In this document: piece after piece, positions 24,926 through 36,500 of the stretch
Position numbering within the stretch: position 1 is the stretch's first letter
How the letters are laid out: every line of letters starts with the position of its first letter
Assembly: GCA_044892525.1 (NCBI GenBank)
Contig: CM097886.1
Location: 65,782,001 to 65,846,000, forward strand
Source: Schmidtea polychroa
Lineage: Eukaryota
DNA: 64,000 bases
Direction of reading: 5' to 3'
Notes under the pieces: model-generated
Databases searched by the model: none
What the model was told of the DNA's origin: nothing
The model's input: the letters and a program-made list of their open reading frames with translations, nothing else
Program-made: the position numbers and the translations under genes

Positions 24926-25039
24926 TAAATTGCAATAGTCATGGAGGTGCTTAGGAAAGAGTCGAGTGAATATATATGATTACCCCTAATGCATTTAAAA
25001 ATTTAAAATGACACACCCCTAAGTAACCAACATGATTTT

Positions 25040-25057
25040 TGGGGGCTCAGCCGGGAT
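25040..25057 (+). promoter_or_regulatory. Primer-binding site complementary to tRNA-Pro
   Basis: TGGGGGCTCAGCCGGGAT versus the MLV tRNA-Pro PBS TGGGGGCTCGTCCGGGAT (16/18); 7 nt downstream of the LTR end. Confidence 0.85.
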
Positions 25058-26663
25058 TTCTATATTTCCATTTCTTTGATGGGAAAAAACCACAACCAAA
25101 TAATCATAATGAATTCGTAATAATAAAGTTCGAAAATTTATTGTTTCCGAAAAACCATGCTCAAGTAACAATAAATTGCACTCGGAAAACTTCCGACTTT
25201 AACAACAAAAACGAAAAATTGGGTAGATCGGAAAACTAGAATTTAAAATTTATAAAAATAAGTTAATCCAGAAATAAAATCAATTGGGGTCAAAAGAAAT
25301 TTTAAAATACAAATTATAGTATTAAAAAAAAAAATTAAATAGATTGACATAAAATTTAACTTAACTATAAAAATAGGAATTTAAAATAAAAATTAACTTA
25401 GATAAAATCACAAAAAGTAAATTATAAAAGAATCAAAAGCGAAATCAAAATACAAAAATTAAATTCGAAAAGATTTATTTAAAAACAAATAGGTAATATA
25501 TATCGAACTTACCTGCCAACGAAGTAATCCAAAATGAATCGAAATAACAGAAGCTAATAATAATTCTAAATTCCAAAACACTTGGTAAATTGAAATTGAA
25601 AATAGACAGATTATATTTAACTTATCTTACAACGAAAATAATCCGAAAATAAAATATGACAAATTTCAGAGGTTACCAAAATCTTGATCTCCCTCCGAGG
25701 TACATATTGACGATACTGTGGAGACCATAGAATGGATAGGAAAACTTTTGAACTCCGGTTTCTCGAATCGTTAAATTGATAACGGTTAAGAATACGAAGA
25801 ATTTGAAGTATTGAATAAATGGAGTATTGTCGACATCATAACTCGTAATTAGCAATATCTGCATATACAAAACAATCTGAAGAAATAATTCTGAATAAAT
25901 CTGAAAAATATATTATTTTATTTAGTGTTTCAAAGCTAAGGAAATTTAATACAAATTTAATACAAGGAAATCAAAGCTAAGGAAAATATACAAATACGGA
26001 AGCGGGATAAATTACAAAATTGAGGAGGGATGATTAATAAATAAACCATTGACGAATAGAAGGGTAACGAATAAAATGGATAAACAAATATTAACGAGTG
26101 ATGCGAGAGGGATCTGCCTGAGGAAATAGTGAGCATATTAACGAGAAACAAGGCAACCGAAGCGGTAAGAGTAAAAGCGATAGCAATAAGACGTTAACTA
26201 GACAAGAGACGTGGATATATTTAGAATAATGAAAAAGGACCAAGAGTAATCGAGATAAGTAGATTAAGAGCATGACGTAAAAATGAGAATAAAGTATTAC
26301 GAAAATTGAGAGCAAATGAATAAGGAAATTTTTCTGTTAGGATTTAGGACATCCACAACCTATGAGCTACGCTCAGCGTAGTACGGATAAGACCAGGAAA
26401 GTACCAACTGTCCTGACGAAAGATGTGGAACAGGGCCCATCGCATATACTGGAACATCTCTGCGTGTGACTGATCACCACACGATCGGAGATCGACCAGT
26501 GCGAGTGTTTCACATCCAGAGTCAGGAGAGTGGGGAAAACCTGGAAGAGTAGTAAAAAGAAGCATGCAGGAGAAATAAAAAAGAGACCAAGTAAATGGGA
26601 AAGGACAGAGCGGAGTAAAGGGAAACAATTAGAGCTTAAAGACTCAATTCATAAGATAACCGG

Positions 26664-27191
26664 TAGACGAATAATAGATGCGAATAATAGATGCGAATAA
26701 TAGATGCGAATAATAGATGCGAATAATAGATGCGAATAATAGATGCGAATAATAGATGCGAATAATAGATGCGAATAATAGATGCGAATAATAGATGCGA
26801 ATAATAGATGCGAATAATAGATGCGAATAATAGATGCGAATAATAGATGCGAATAATAGATGCGAATAATAGATGCGAATAATAGATGCGAATAATAGAT
26901 GCGAATAATAGATGCGAATAATCGATGCGAATAATAGATGCGAATAATAGATGCGAATAATAGATGCGAATAATAGATGCGAATAATAGATGCTAATAAT
27001 AGATGCGAATAATAGATGCGAATAATAGATGCGAATAATAGATGCGAATAATAGATGCGAATAATCGATGCGAATAATAGATGCGAATAATAGATGCGAA
27101 TAATAGATGCGAATAATAGATGCGAATAATAGATGCGAATAATAGATGCGAATAATAGATGCAAATAATAGATGCGAATAAGAGATGCGAA
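26664..27191 (+). repeat. 13-bp tandem array (AATAGATGCGAAT)n, about 40 copies, in the element leader
   Basis: Near-perfect units with rare variants (AATCGATG, GCTAAT, GCAAAT). Confidence 0.95.
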
Positions 27192-27774
27192 TATAAATGA
27201 GAATAATGGCTACGAATAGGAACGGAAATAACAGACGTGAATACAGATGAGAAGGTAAAAGGAAAGATAAACGAGAATATAGATGAGTACCTAGAAAGAA
27301 ACATAGACGGGAATATAAATGAGAATACAGCCGAAGTCATTGACAGATATATAACTGAAAATAAATAAGATCGTGAAGGAAAAAGACGAAAAACGAATTG
27401 AAAATAGACAACCGTGTAGGAGAATAGATGAGAATATAGAATGGATAATGGAGAATCGAGTTAAGAATAATTTGAGGACCAATGTGTAAACAAAAATAAC
27501 GACGAAATGAATATTAAGATATGCCGGTACCCAAAGAAACCAAAGTAAAAATATTGCAATTACACTATATAATATATATATTATAATTTATAAATATAAT
27601 AAACGATAGGGAGAAGTGATATTTTTCTATTCAGGTAAATCAATCAATCAAGTCAATAGCCAAGTATCAGCAATCAAATAGAAGTTATTGTCAAATAATT
27701 AAGCCAAGTTCAGAAATATTGAACCAATAACAAAGCATACCAGATCAAAACAGCTAATAATAGAACCAAGTTTA

Positions 27775-30336
27775 TTGAAAGAAGAAGAATTAAAAGTTGC
27801 AAAGAAAGGAAGACGAACTATTAAACCCACGCAAGCACAAGAAATCAAAAAGCAAAATCAAAAAGACATCTCAAAGACCAAAAGTCGATCCATAAAAGGA
27901 AGCAGTGAAAAGGATTTCGAAAACAATAGGCCAAGAAGCGTAATACGCGTATCAGAACCTCAGGAAGGAAAAACTCTATCTGAAAACAGAAATAATAAAA
28001 GTGACATAAACCTAATAAAAGAAAAGACAAACGGAAAAAGAATACAATTAGAGATGGTAGATACAGCAGCCCAAATGGAAGCGATCAACAAGAGACTCAG
28101 TGAAATGGAGATATTCAATTTTCAAGGAAAATACAATGGCGAAAAATTCGATGGAAAACCGAACAAACTATCAAACTTCATCCAACATTTTGAATCTTAT
28201 TGCGATGCTCTAAAATGGACACCCGAAATGATAGTGAGAAGACTCCCACTATATCTAGCAGACGACGCGTTTAATTGGTACGTCGGAATAAAAGAGTGTA
28301 CAACCCCACTAAAAACCTGGAAAGAAATTAAGGAAGCTCTGATAAAAACATTTGGAGAAGCAAAAGATGCGCAATACAAATTTCTAGAATTCTTCAATCG
28401 AGGACAAGCAGTGAATGAATCATATATACTTTACGCAAGCGCACTAAGACGTCTAGCCAAACCGCTGTTCAGTGAAAAGGATATGGAAACACAACTAGTA
28501 ACCCAATTTGTAAAAGGATTGCGACGAGATGACATTAAAGGTGTAGTCGGATGCAAAATCTGCAAGACGCTGGACAAGGCAGTAGAGGCAGCGAATGTAT
28601 GTGAAATGTACAACAAAGTAACACAACCGCCAACTAGGAGGCCTATCGCAGATAATCAACCCCAACACCACAGACATTGGAGTCATAACAACAATAATCA
28701 AAGAAACGAAAATGACAACAAAAGCAAGAGGTTGAATAATAGAAACATTGGAAAATTTTGTGATGACTGCAAGAGACAAGGACACTGGCTCGATGAATGT
28801 CATGGGCAAAGAAGATGTTGGAATTGCGGTAAGAAAGGACATACCGCAGTAAGATGTGGAGTATCCAAAAAATGTTTCTCGTGCGGACAAGGAGACCATC
28901 TAGCAGTTGCATGTACGAATAAAAGAAACCAACAATGGAGTGACAATAGGGATACGTCAGCAAAGCAACTAGCTGAAATACAAAATCAAATAACAATTCT
29001 CACAGGACTGTGCAGTAACATGATCGATTATCAGTTTCAAGCGGAAGGAAAACAACAATCAGGAATAAATGTATTACAATGTGTGGGAGGCACATTACAA
29101 ATTCAAAATATCCGAACAAAACAACAACGAGAATGGAATACCTTACAGATCGCGGAAGCACGAGAAGCGGAAGAAAGATGGAGTAAACGAAAAGAACCTC
29201 AGGCAAGAAGAGAAGAAAAATATTGGAGAACGAGAAAGGAAGAACTTTTAAAAATGGATATAATGAGACTAACCACCAACGACAACCAGAAGGAAAAGAT
29301 AGAAAGAATGTGGGAAAGAGAACAAAAAAGAGTAATACAAATCAATATGATGAGAATGATAACGAGCAACGAAATAGATTTACAAAAAATTCCGGACTCA
29401 AGGATCGAAAGCGAAATAATTGAAAAACTGGAACAGGTAATATTAGACCATCAAAACATCAAACCATTTGAGGACAATCAGAGAGATTATACCGGCATCG
29501 ATAGTCAGGTTGGAATTGTAGTAATCCCGGAAAAGCGCGAATCGGAGAATGGCGAAAATCACGAAAAACGAAATAATGAAAAAACGCAAGAAAAGTACCA
29601 TGACATAAACACGTTAAAAACTGAAAGCGAGTGCGAACCAGATATCGAATGGGACGCAAGTACAAACAATTACGGGAACGAATACCAACCACAAGGACAT
29701 AATGAGCGCTATCGGTTCTTCGATAAGACGCATGGGAATTGTCAGAAAAATGAGCACGGAAAAAATAAATGTCGCCGCATAAAAAGGTGTTACGAATGTA
29801 AAAGAACTGGACATTTGGTCAATAACTGTCCGAATGGGACCAATCCAGTGAGAGATCAGTCACGAGAATACGCCACAGAACAAAACAATAAAAACTATGT
29901 CGAAAACAGAATTTGTCAGCCAGGGATACGAAAACATCAATCTCCAATGTTAATAAAACAACAGTCGACAAATGTACAGAGACGGACAAATGACGTGAAG
30001 GAACAGGTGAAACCCAACGCATACGAGGAATTGAGGAGACAATGTGTGGAACAGTGCAGGTTAATAATGGAACTGGTTGTAAAAGAAACGAGACAGGATG
30101 AATTGATAATGATATGGAGAAAAGTTGCAGAAAATAAAACAAGAGAAAATGAGGTACTTAAGACAACGATACTCCGACTAAAAGAAGAAGCAAGGTCAGC
30201 CGAATTAAGAATCAATGAAATAACGAGTAATCGAAAAAAATGCAAAGATGGGGCAGAAGAGACACAAATGGTGACGGCCAAGGAAAAGAAGAAGGGTAGT
30301 CCAAAGGATGTGGCGGAAATTAAAGAGGAAGTGTAG
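27775..30336 (+). CDS. gag: Gag-like protein: capsid-like domain, three tandem CCHC knuckles, coiled-coil tail and a fourth CCHC
   Basis: KFDG...FIQHFESYCDALKW...LPLYLADDAFNWY capsid region; CDDCKRQGHWLDEC, CWNCGKKGHTAVRC, CFSCGQGDHLAVAC and distal CYECKRTGHLVNNC. Frame is open from 27703; first ATG at 28054. Confidence 0.9.
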   Translation: MKEEELKVAKKGRRTIKPTQAQEIKKQNQKDISKTKSRSIKGSSEKDFENNRPRSVIRVSEPQEGKTLSENRNNKSDINLIKEKTNGKRIQLEMVDTAAQMEAINKRLSEMEIFNFQGKYNGEKFDGKPNKLSNFIQHFESYCDALKWTPEMIVRRLPLYLADDAFNWYVGIKECTTPLKTWKEIKEALIKTFGEAKDAQYKFLEFFNRGQAVNESYILYASALRRLAKPLFSEKDMETQLVTQFVKGLRRDDIKGVVGCKICKTLDKAVEAANVCEMYNKVTQPPTRRPIADNQPQHHRHWSHNNNNQRNENDNKSKRLNNRNIGKFCDDCKRQGHWLDECHGQRRCWNCGKKGHTAVRCGVSKKCFSCGQGDHLAVACTNKRNQQWSDNRDTSAKQLAEIQNQITILTGLCSNMIDYQFQAEGKQQSGINVLQCVGGTLQIQNIRTKQQREWNTLQIAEAREAEERWSKRKEPQARREEKYWRTRKEELLKMDIMRLTTNDNQKEKIERMWEREQKRVIQINMMRMITSNEIDLQKIPDSRIESEIIEKLEQVILDHQNIKPFEDNQRDYTGIDSQVGIVVIPEKRESENGENHEKRNNEKTQEKYHDINTLKTESECEPDIEWDASTNNYGNEYQPQGHNERYRFFDKTHGNCQKNEHGKNKCRRIKRCYECKRTGHLVNNCPNGTNPVRDQSREYATEQNNKNYVENRICQPGIRKHQSPMLIKQQSTNVQRRTNDVKEQVKPNAYEELRRQCVEQCRLIMELVVKETRQDELIMIWRKVAENKTRENEVLKTTILRLKEEARSAELRINEITSNRKKCKDGAEETQMVTAKEKKKGSPKDVAEIKEEV

Positions 30337-31365
30337 ATGAAAATAGTAAAAAGGAAGTGAACATATGTAAAAATTGATGTATAAATAGCAAATTAAATGT
30401 ACTAGATGTATAGGTATAAATTGATGTATAATGTGGCAAAAGATCGATGTATAAATAGAAATGGATCAAGTAACAGTTGGAAAAATACTAAATTTGAACC
30501 CTTACAATGGTAAAGGAGAACAGAGGCTCAAATGAGAAGAAAGAATATAAATCCAGAAGAAAGATAAAAGTGCAAACCCAGAAAGAATGAGTTAAACGAA
30601 TATCGAAAAGTAATATCTAATTTGGAACCCAAAACTAAGGAGAACGGTAAAAGATCCTGATAAATGAGACGAAAGTCACAGCCCCAGTGACATTGGAAAG
30701 TTAGTCAAATAAAGCTAACTAAGACCCAGATCGAAGATAATTTGAGTTACCCATTGGAGAAAGAAAATCCCTTAATAAGAGCAATACCGTAAACAAAAAC
30801 CACCGAGAAAAACCAAAAGAAAAATCTATGTGTCAAATCACCCAGTTAAACAAAAGTCCCGAAGACCCTGGAGCAAGGTCGGTCAACTACCATCAAATGA
30901 TCCAGAAAACCGGAATCCCAGCCTAAAAATTCAAAGAGAATCCGGGAAAACAGTCAAACCCCGATAGGAAGAATCCTATGATCTTCGGTAAGTATTACGA
31001 GCTAATTATGAAAATCAACAACAGGAGTCAAACATGCCTACAAAACCGAGCCGAAAGATCAAAAACCGAGCCCAGAACCGAGGGAAACAACCAACTGATG
31101 AATTTATCCAGAAATAAAACTTTTGCATATGACTCGTACTTGAGTTTGGACACTGTATCAGTATGTATATGTATTATGACCAGTCACTGTATGTGGCAAC
31201 TGCTTGAATTTGAGCTTAGACCTTTTTCTGCTAATTGAATTCTAACATGTCTTAAGCTATTATAGTATGTTTATAGGTTAATGGGAATGTAATAGACTAT
31301 GACCTGGGAAATTCATATGTCTAACAGAATTGCGGGACGCAATTTTAACGGGTCCCGGAGTGATT

Positions 31366-32909
31366 TGTTGGGCTGAAGCCGAGAACTGAGAGTTTGTTTT
31401 AATCGATCGAAAATACCTAACACAAAAACCGCAAAGTTGAAAAATTTATGACCAAGGTTTAATTTAAAATAAATGAAATAAATTACATCACACATTAAGA
31501 ACCAATAAACCCCGTATAATAGAATAAGAGATAAATAAATTTAACAAAAAATTCAACACTTAAAAATTTAAATAGAAAAATAATAAAATATAAAATAGAA
31601 TTAGTTGAAAATTATTTAAACAATATAAAAATTAAATCGTCAAAAATAATAAAATTAGTTAGCATTATATAAATTGTAAAGTTTATAGAATTAAATGGTT
31701 ATTTAACTTATTAAATTTAAAGAATAAAAATGTTTAAATTAATAAAAATTAATATAACTCCAATTATTTAAATTATAAAATTTATAAAATTAAAATTAAT
31801 AAAAATTAAATAAGAAATTAATTAAATTTATTGAATTAAAACAAATAAACAATTGCACACACTCATGCAGGTATGCAAGACTAATTAAAAATTTCTCGCA
31901 CTCTGATTGGATAGAGTGGCAGCAAATGCATGAAAAATCAGTATAAATACTGATCACAAATTCATTTAAAACTACTTTTTCTCTAACATCAAAATTTAGT
32001 TGTAGACAGTGAAGCTCTCAGTTTTCGATTTTATGCCCATGTGGATTTGGTAATTTATTTTTTATTGTTGTAGTAATTTTATGAGAAGATTAAATTTAAT
32101 ATGCAATAAAATTTTTAGTTAAATTTTCTTTTGTTATTTTCTTTTAATTGTTTAATTTCATTTAGTTGCAGATATTAAATAATAATTTTTATTGTGTTCA
32201 ATTTTTATACTAACTGATTACGAACGTTAGTACCGCTGAATTGAGATTCAGCATATCATGGTTTGAGGTACCTTCGGGATGCTCAGACTGGTGGATATGC
32301 TGGTTTTCCAATCGCGCAGCTGGATTGGGCCGGAATGTGGGGGCTTCCTCACGGGTCCTATCGCTGGAAGTACTGTGGTCAAATGTAGGTTAGGACTGAG
32401 AATACAGGCAGATCCCTGCTCAAATTTTTTGAAGTATAACTTAAATATCATGGGAAGCGTGGATTAACTTGAAAATAAGGGCCAATCCCTGCTCAAATTT
32501 TTCAAAGGATAATTTAGATATTGTAGGAAGTGTAGAACAATAATTATTAGCTGGAAAATAAGGGCGGATCCCTGCACAAAATTTTATAAGAGAACAATTA
32601 GAAATACCCGTAATTGAGGACCAACAACGATTCAAAAATAGCATACACAGTGAATAATGACGTAAGACCTTCTATCGGCAGTCTACAACCCGAAAAGAAA
32701 ATACAATGGGGAGTAGTTTTAGCAATAGAGCTCACCTGCTCATTGTTTTTTCGCCTTTGTGTACAGTACCAACATGGTCGTCGCCATGGGTACACAAATG
32801 GTTAAATTGCAATAGTCATGGAGGTGCTTAGGAAAGAGTCGAGTGAATATATATGATTACCCCTAATGCATTTAAAAATTTAAAATGACACACCCCTAAG
32901 TAACCAACA
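31366..32909 (+). repeat. 3' LTR
   Basis: Copy of 23489-25032, followed by TSD CTGG. Confidence 0.95.
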
Positions 32910-33569
32910 CTGGAAACAGCACGAAAGGGTAAAATGTATGTCTAATAGTTTGTTTAATAGAATTTTAAACTTCATATGGTTATTTTGAGTCTATAACTTC
33001 CACGAAGCTCTCATTTTAGAATGGATTTAGAACAGATACTTTACCTTGAAAATTAGCGGTTGACTCAGAATAGAGACTCAAAATCGTAGAGCTGATGAAG
33101 CATGATTAGGGTCAAGGTTAAGAATAATTGATTCTTATAGATCAAGTTTTTATATTCAGGGCTATCTGTTTCAAGTGCCAATTTGAAAGGAAAATAAAGC
33201 AGTACCGAAAATTTGTGTTAAATAGATAAAAATTTATTTATTTTATTTAATTATAATGAAGATAAACGCATTTTTTAATTAAACAAAGGAATTTAAAATA
33301 ATATATTTTTTACTGATTTATTTCTAAAGTTAAAACTTTTCTTTGTAAATTATAAAATAAAATCAATATCATGAAAAAGAATTTATTTAAGTACAATAGA
33401 TCTGAATTAACTCCGTATAATTATTTTGCCACATGTATTTAAATTTCTTTGTTTAAGTTATTTGACCAAGGCTTCCTATTTTAATTTTGACGAAATTTTT
33501 AGAGTAAAATTATTTATTTTCTTTTTTATTTAAGTAATATATCAAATAACAGTATTATTTACTTTTAAT

Positions 33570-36500
33570 ATGGATGTGTGTATTACAACATTAAAAATTC
33601 TTATTATTGGAGAAAGTAATGTTGGAAAGTCAAGTTTATTAATAAGATTTGTGGATGATACTTTTGATCCTGAAATTCCAGCCACTATTGGTAAATTTTT
33701 AAACATTATATTTATGATATTTATAAACAGGTGTGGATTTTCGAGTTAAAGCTTTGACAGTTGATGGTAATAAAGCTAAATTAGCAATTTGGGTGAGTAC
33801 AATTATTTCCTGGATAAGAACTATTTTTAACATAAGAATTATTGAAAATCATGTGAAATAATACTGATTTCATAGTTTTCTCTATTGTAACTTATTATTT
33901 CATCATTTGGCATCCGTCGATTATTGATTATTGTCAGTAAAATGTGAGCTCAGAAAATAAATCAGACTTAGGTTACTTAGTCTTTTATTAAATGAAATAA
34001 TATATTCATAAAAATGATGTTTAAAAATTCAATTCAAATTCAGCATATAGTTGTATTAAATTCCAAATAATAACATGAAAAGAACATCTATTTAATCACA
34101 CTATAAACTCATTTTTAATTTTATAAAACTTGAACTTAATTCAATTTTAAGGATACGGCAGGTCAAGAAAGATTCAGAACATTAACTCCTAGTTATTATC
34201 GAGGTGCTCAGGGGGTAATATTAGGTAATTTTCGAAGCAAGTATATGAAATTCATTTATAAATAATAAGTTTATGATGTCGCGAATCGAGAAACGTTTGC
34301 AAAACTTGAAAATTGGCTAAATGAATTAGACACATTTGCAACGGAAAGAAACTTGATCAAAATGTTAGTAGCTAATAAAATCGATAAGGTAATTAATATT
34401 TACAATCATATTTTAATATTTCCAAGTAATCCAAATTTTTCATTGGTTGACCATTTTTTACTTAAACAAAACATTCAAATCTGTTTTTTTATTTCAAATC
34501 TTTTATCTTTTAAATAGATTATTATATATATTATATTTTTTTTACACATAATATGGAAACGCAAGTTTGAATCATCTAATGGAACTAGGAGAACAAGAAA
34601 ATATATGATTAAAAAATGCTTAAACTGATAAAAGACATGTGAAATGAATTGGATTCTGATTTAAAAGAGAGTAATAGTAATGAAAATTTCTGCCTCTGTA
34701 ATATTTAATGAAATTGGGAATGTGGAATTGGTCAGTTTCTTTAAAATATATGGCCACGAAAAGTTTATTGACAAGAAAACGACTAAAAGCGGTACATAGT
34801 GATGGGTGAAACTGAGCCCGATTTCCCGATAAGCCTCCCACACCTTCATCCTAATCTCAGTGAATTGAGAGAGAAATATTAGTCCAATTGGTATAATCTC
34901 CACAGAAAGGATACTTCACCACAAGATTTAAACTGTTCCGTTTAATACTATAATTTTTATAGCATTTTCACAAGAATATTAAAATTTAAAATTATTTACT
35001 AGTGGGTAAAAGGTAATAGTGGATAATGTTAAATTCTATAAGCCCTTAACTGGTTCTGCACAACTACTTAGGAGCCACTTATAAATGACGTTATACCTCC
35101 ACTCAAATATTACCCCACAAAGCTCTGCACCTCCCAACCCTCCTCCCCCAATTAAAACGATTAGAATCTTAATTATAATAGTGAGCGTAACAAAATGTAA
35201 ATAATCAACAATTAAGAAAGAAATACTTGTGGTGACAATTACCGGTATTAAATTGAGTATAAATGTAATGCCATATGATGTCACATTTCTAAAACATCCC
35301 CTCACTATAGTCTACAACTTAACCCAATCCAGGTGGTATTTACTGCCTTAAAAATAAGTATCACGAGATAAGGCTTCTTGTACGAAATTCTGATGATATT
35401 ATCAATTATATTGAGTGGGCAATCCGAGGAATGAATAATGGAAATAGCGTATGTTTTGGAAATTATTATCATAATATGAAAAGTTTCTTGGATTTAGCGT
35501 TCGCTGACGGAGATTTCAATAGAATTTAAATTACGGAGTATTTATTGTTTTCTTATAAAATTATCAAATAATGATCTATGTTTAATTGTTTATGAATTCT
35601 TTATAATTATACAGTGTTATATTAAATCACAAAGGGGCTATCGCAATAGTTTGCTATAAGTTCATGTTTCTAATAAATATAACTTCCGATGTAACAAACC
35701 AAATTCTTAAATTTTCATTTGGAATTTGTTAAAATTAGTAATAAAAAACTATTTTCGAATATTTTCTTCATGTTTCCAAATTAATACGTTGATATCAAAA
35801 GCAGTAGATAGTCAATGAAAATCGCTTCTGATTGGCTATTTGGTAATGGAATAGAGATTTGAATGTCGCGAAATTTAGTGGACCAATAAGGGGAAGCATT
35901 TGAAATTTTGGAAATAATTGTGCTAATCTAATAGACTTTCTTTGTGGAGAATAAGTTTTCTTTGCCATCTTTTGAGATTTTACTCGGATTGGAAGCTTTT
36001 CTTTATAGCTAGCAATGGTGAGACAAAGTTGCAATTTCTGAAATCTTATCATTCGAACTTTTTATTTTTAGCTTTAATTTATAGTTATTTTAAAATATGA
36101 TGGTGACAAATAATATTCGTTAAAAGAATCTTCTAAACATTTATATTTAACTGGAAGTGTCACTGGTTTTTCAATGAACTTTTTAAAGTTTTCTTCAATT
36201 GAAAATGTTTCGTTTATTGATAAATTAAAATTTACCACCATATAAGATTTATATAGATTTCAATTGGACTGTCTAACAAATCACCGCACTCACCCAAATT
36301 AAACACATATCAGTGCTCATACTTTAATGTAAGTGGTAATTTATAATAAATCTCGTGATTGAAAATTTCTGGAGAAACGTGCTCTTTTACCGACTGTATA
36401 ATAAACGTTATTGAGCTTCTTGTTACAGCTATTCAACCACCTGTCACTAGTATAGAAATAAGAAATATTAAGTTTCCTACAAACTGTTGGTCTTTTCTTT

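Larger units (their letters stand above)
23489..25032 (+). repeat. 5' LTR
   Basis: Five ORF-track translations recur identically at an exact 7877-bp offset in the 3' LTR; no differences seen in spot checks. Confidence 0.95.
23489..32909 (+). mobile_element. Recent full-length gag-only (non-autonomous) Ty3/Gypsy-like LTR element, 9421 bp
   Basis: LTRs 23489-25032 and 31366-32909 (both 1544 bp, TGTTGG...CCAACA); TSD CTGG at 23485-88 and 32910-13; PBS; single gag ORF; only ~1 kb between the gag stop and the 3' LTR, with no PR/RT/RH/IN motifs seen. Confidence 0.92.

Noticed and set aside
24975-25022. CCCTAA telomere-like hexamers near the LTR end
   Set aside because: Only two separated copies, not tandem.
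26649-27340. ORFs reading RIYYSHLLFASII repeats
   Set aside because: Artefacts of the 13-mer array on the antisense strand.
31328-31337. AATTGCGGGA matching the group I intron P element
   Set aside because: No Q, R or S elements nearby; explained by a simple hairpin.
35036-35305. ORF with [14 protein letters not shown] resembling a ThiF/E1 Rossmann motif
   Set aside because: No further E1 motifs or supporting exons found; lies in a TE-rich Rab18 intron.
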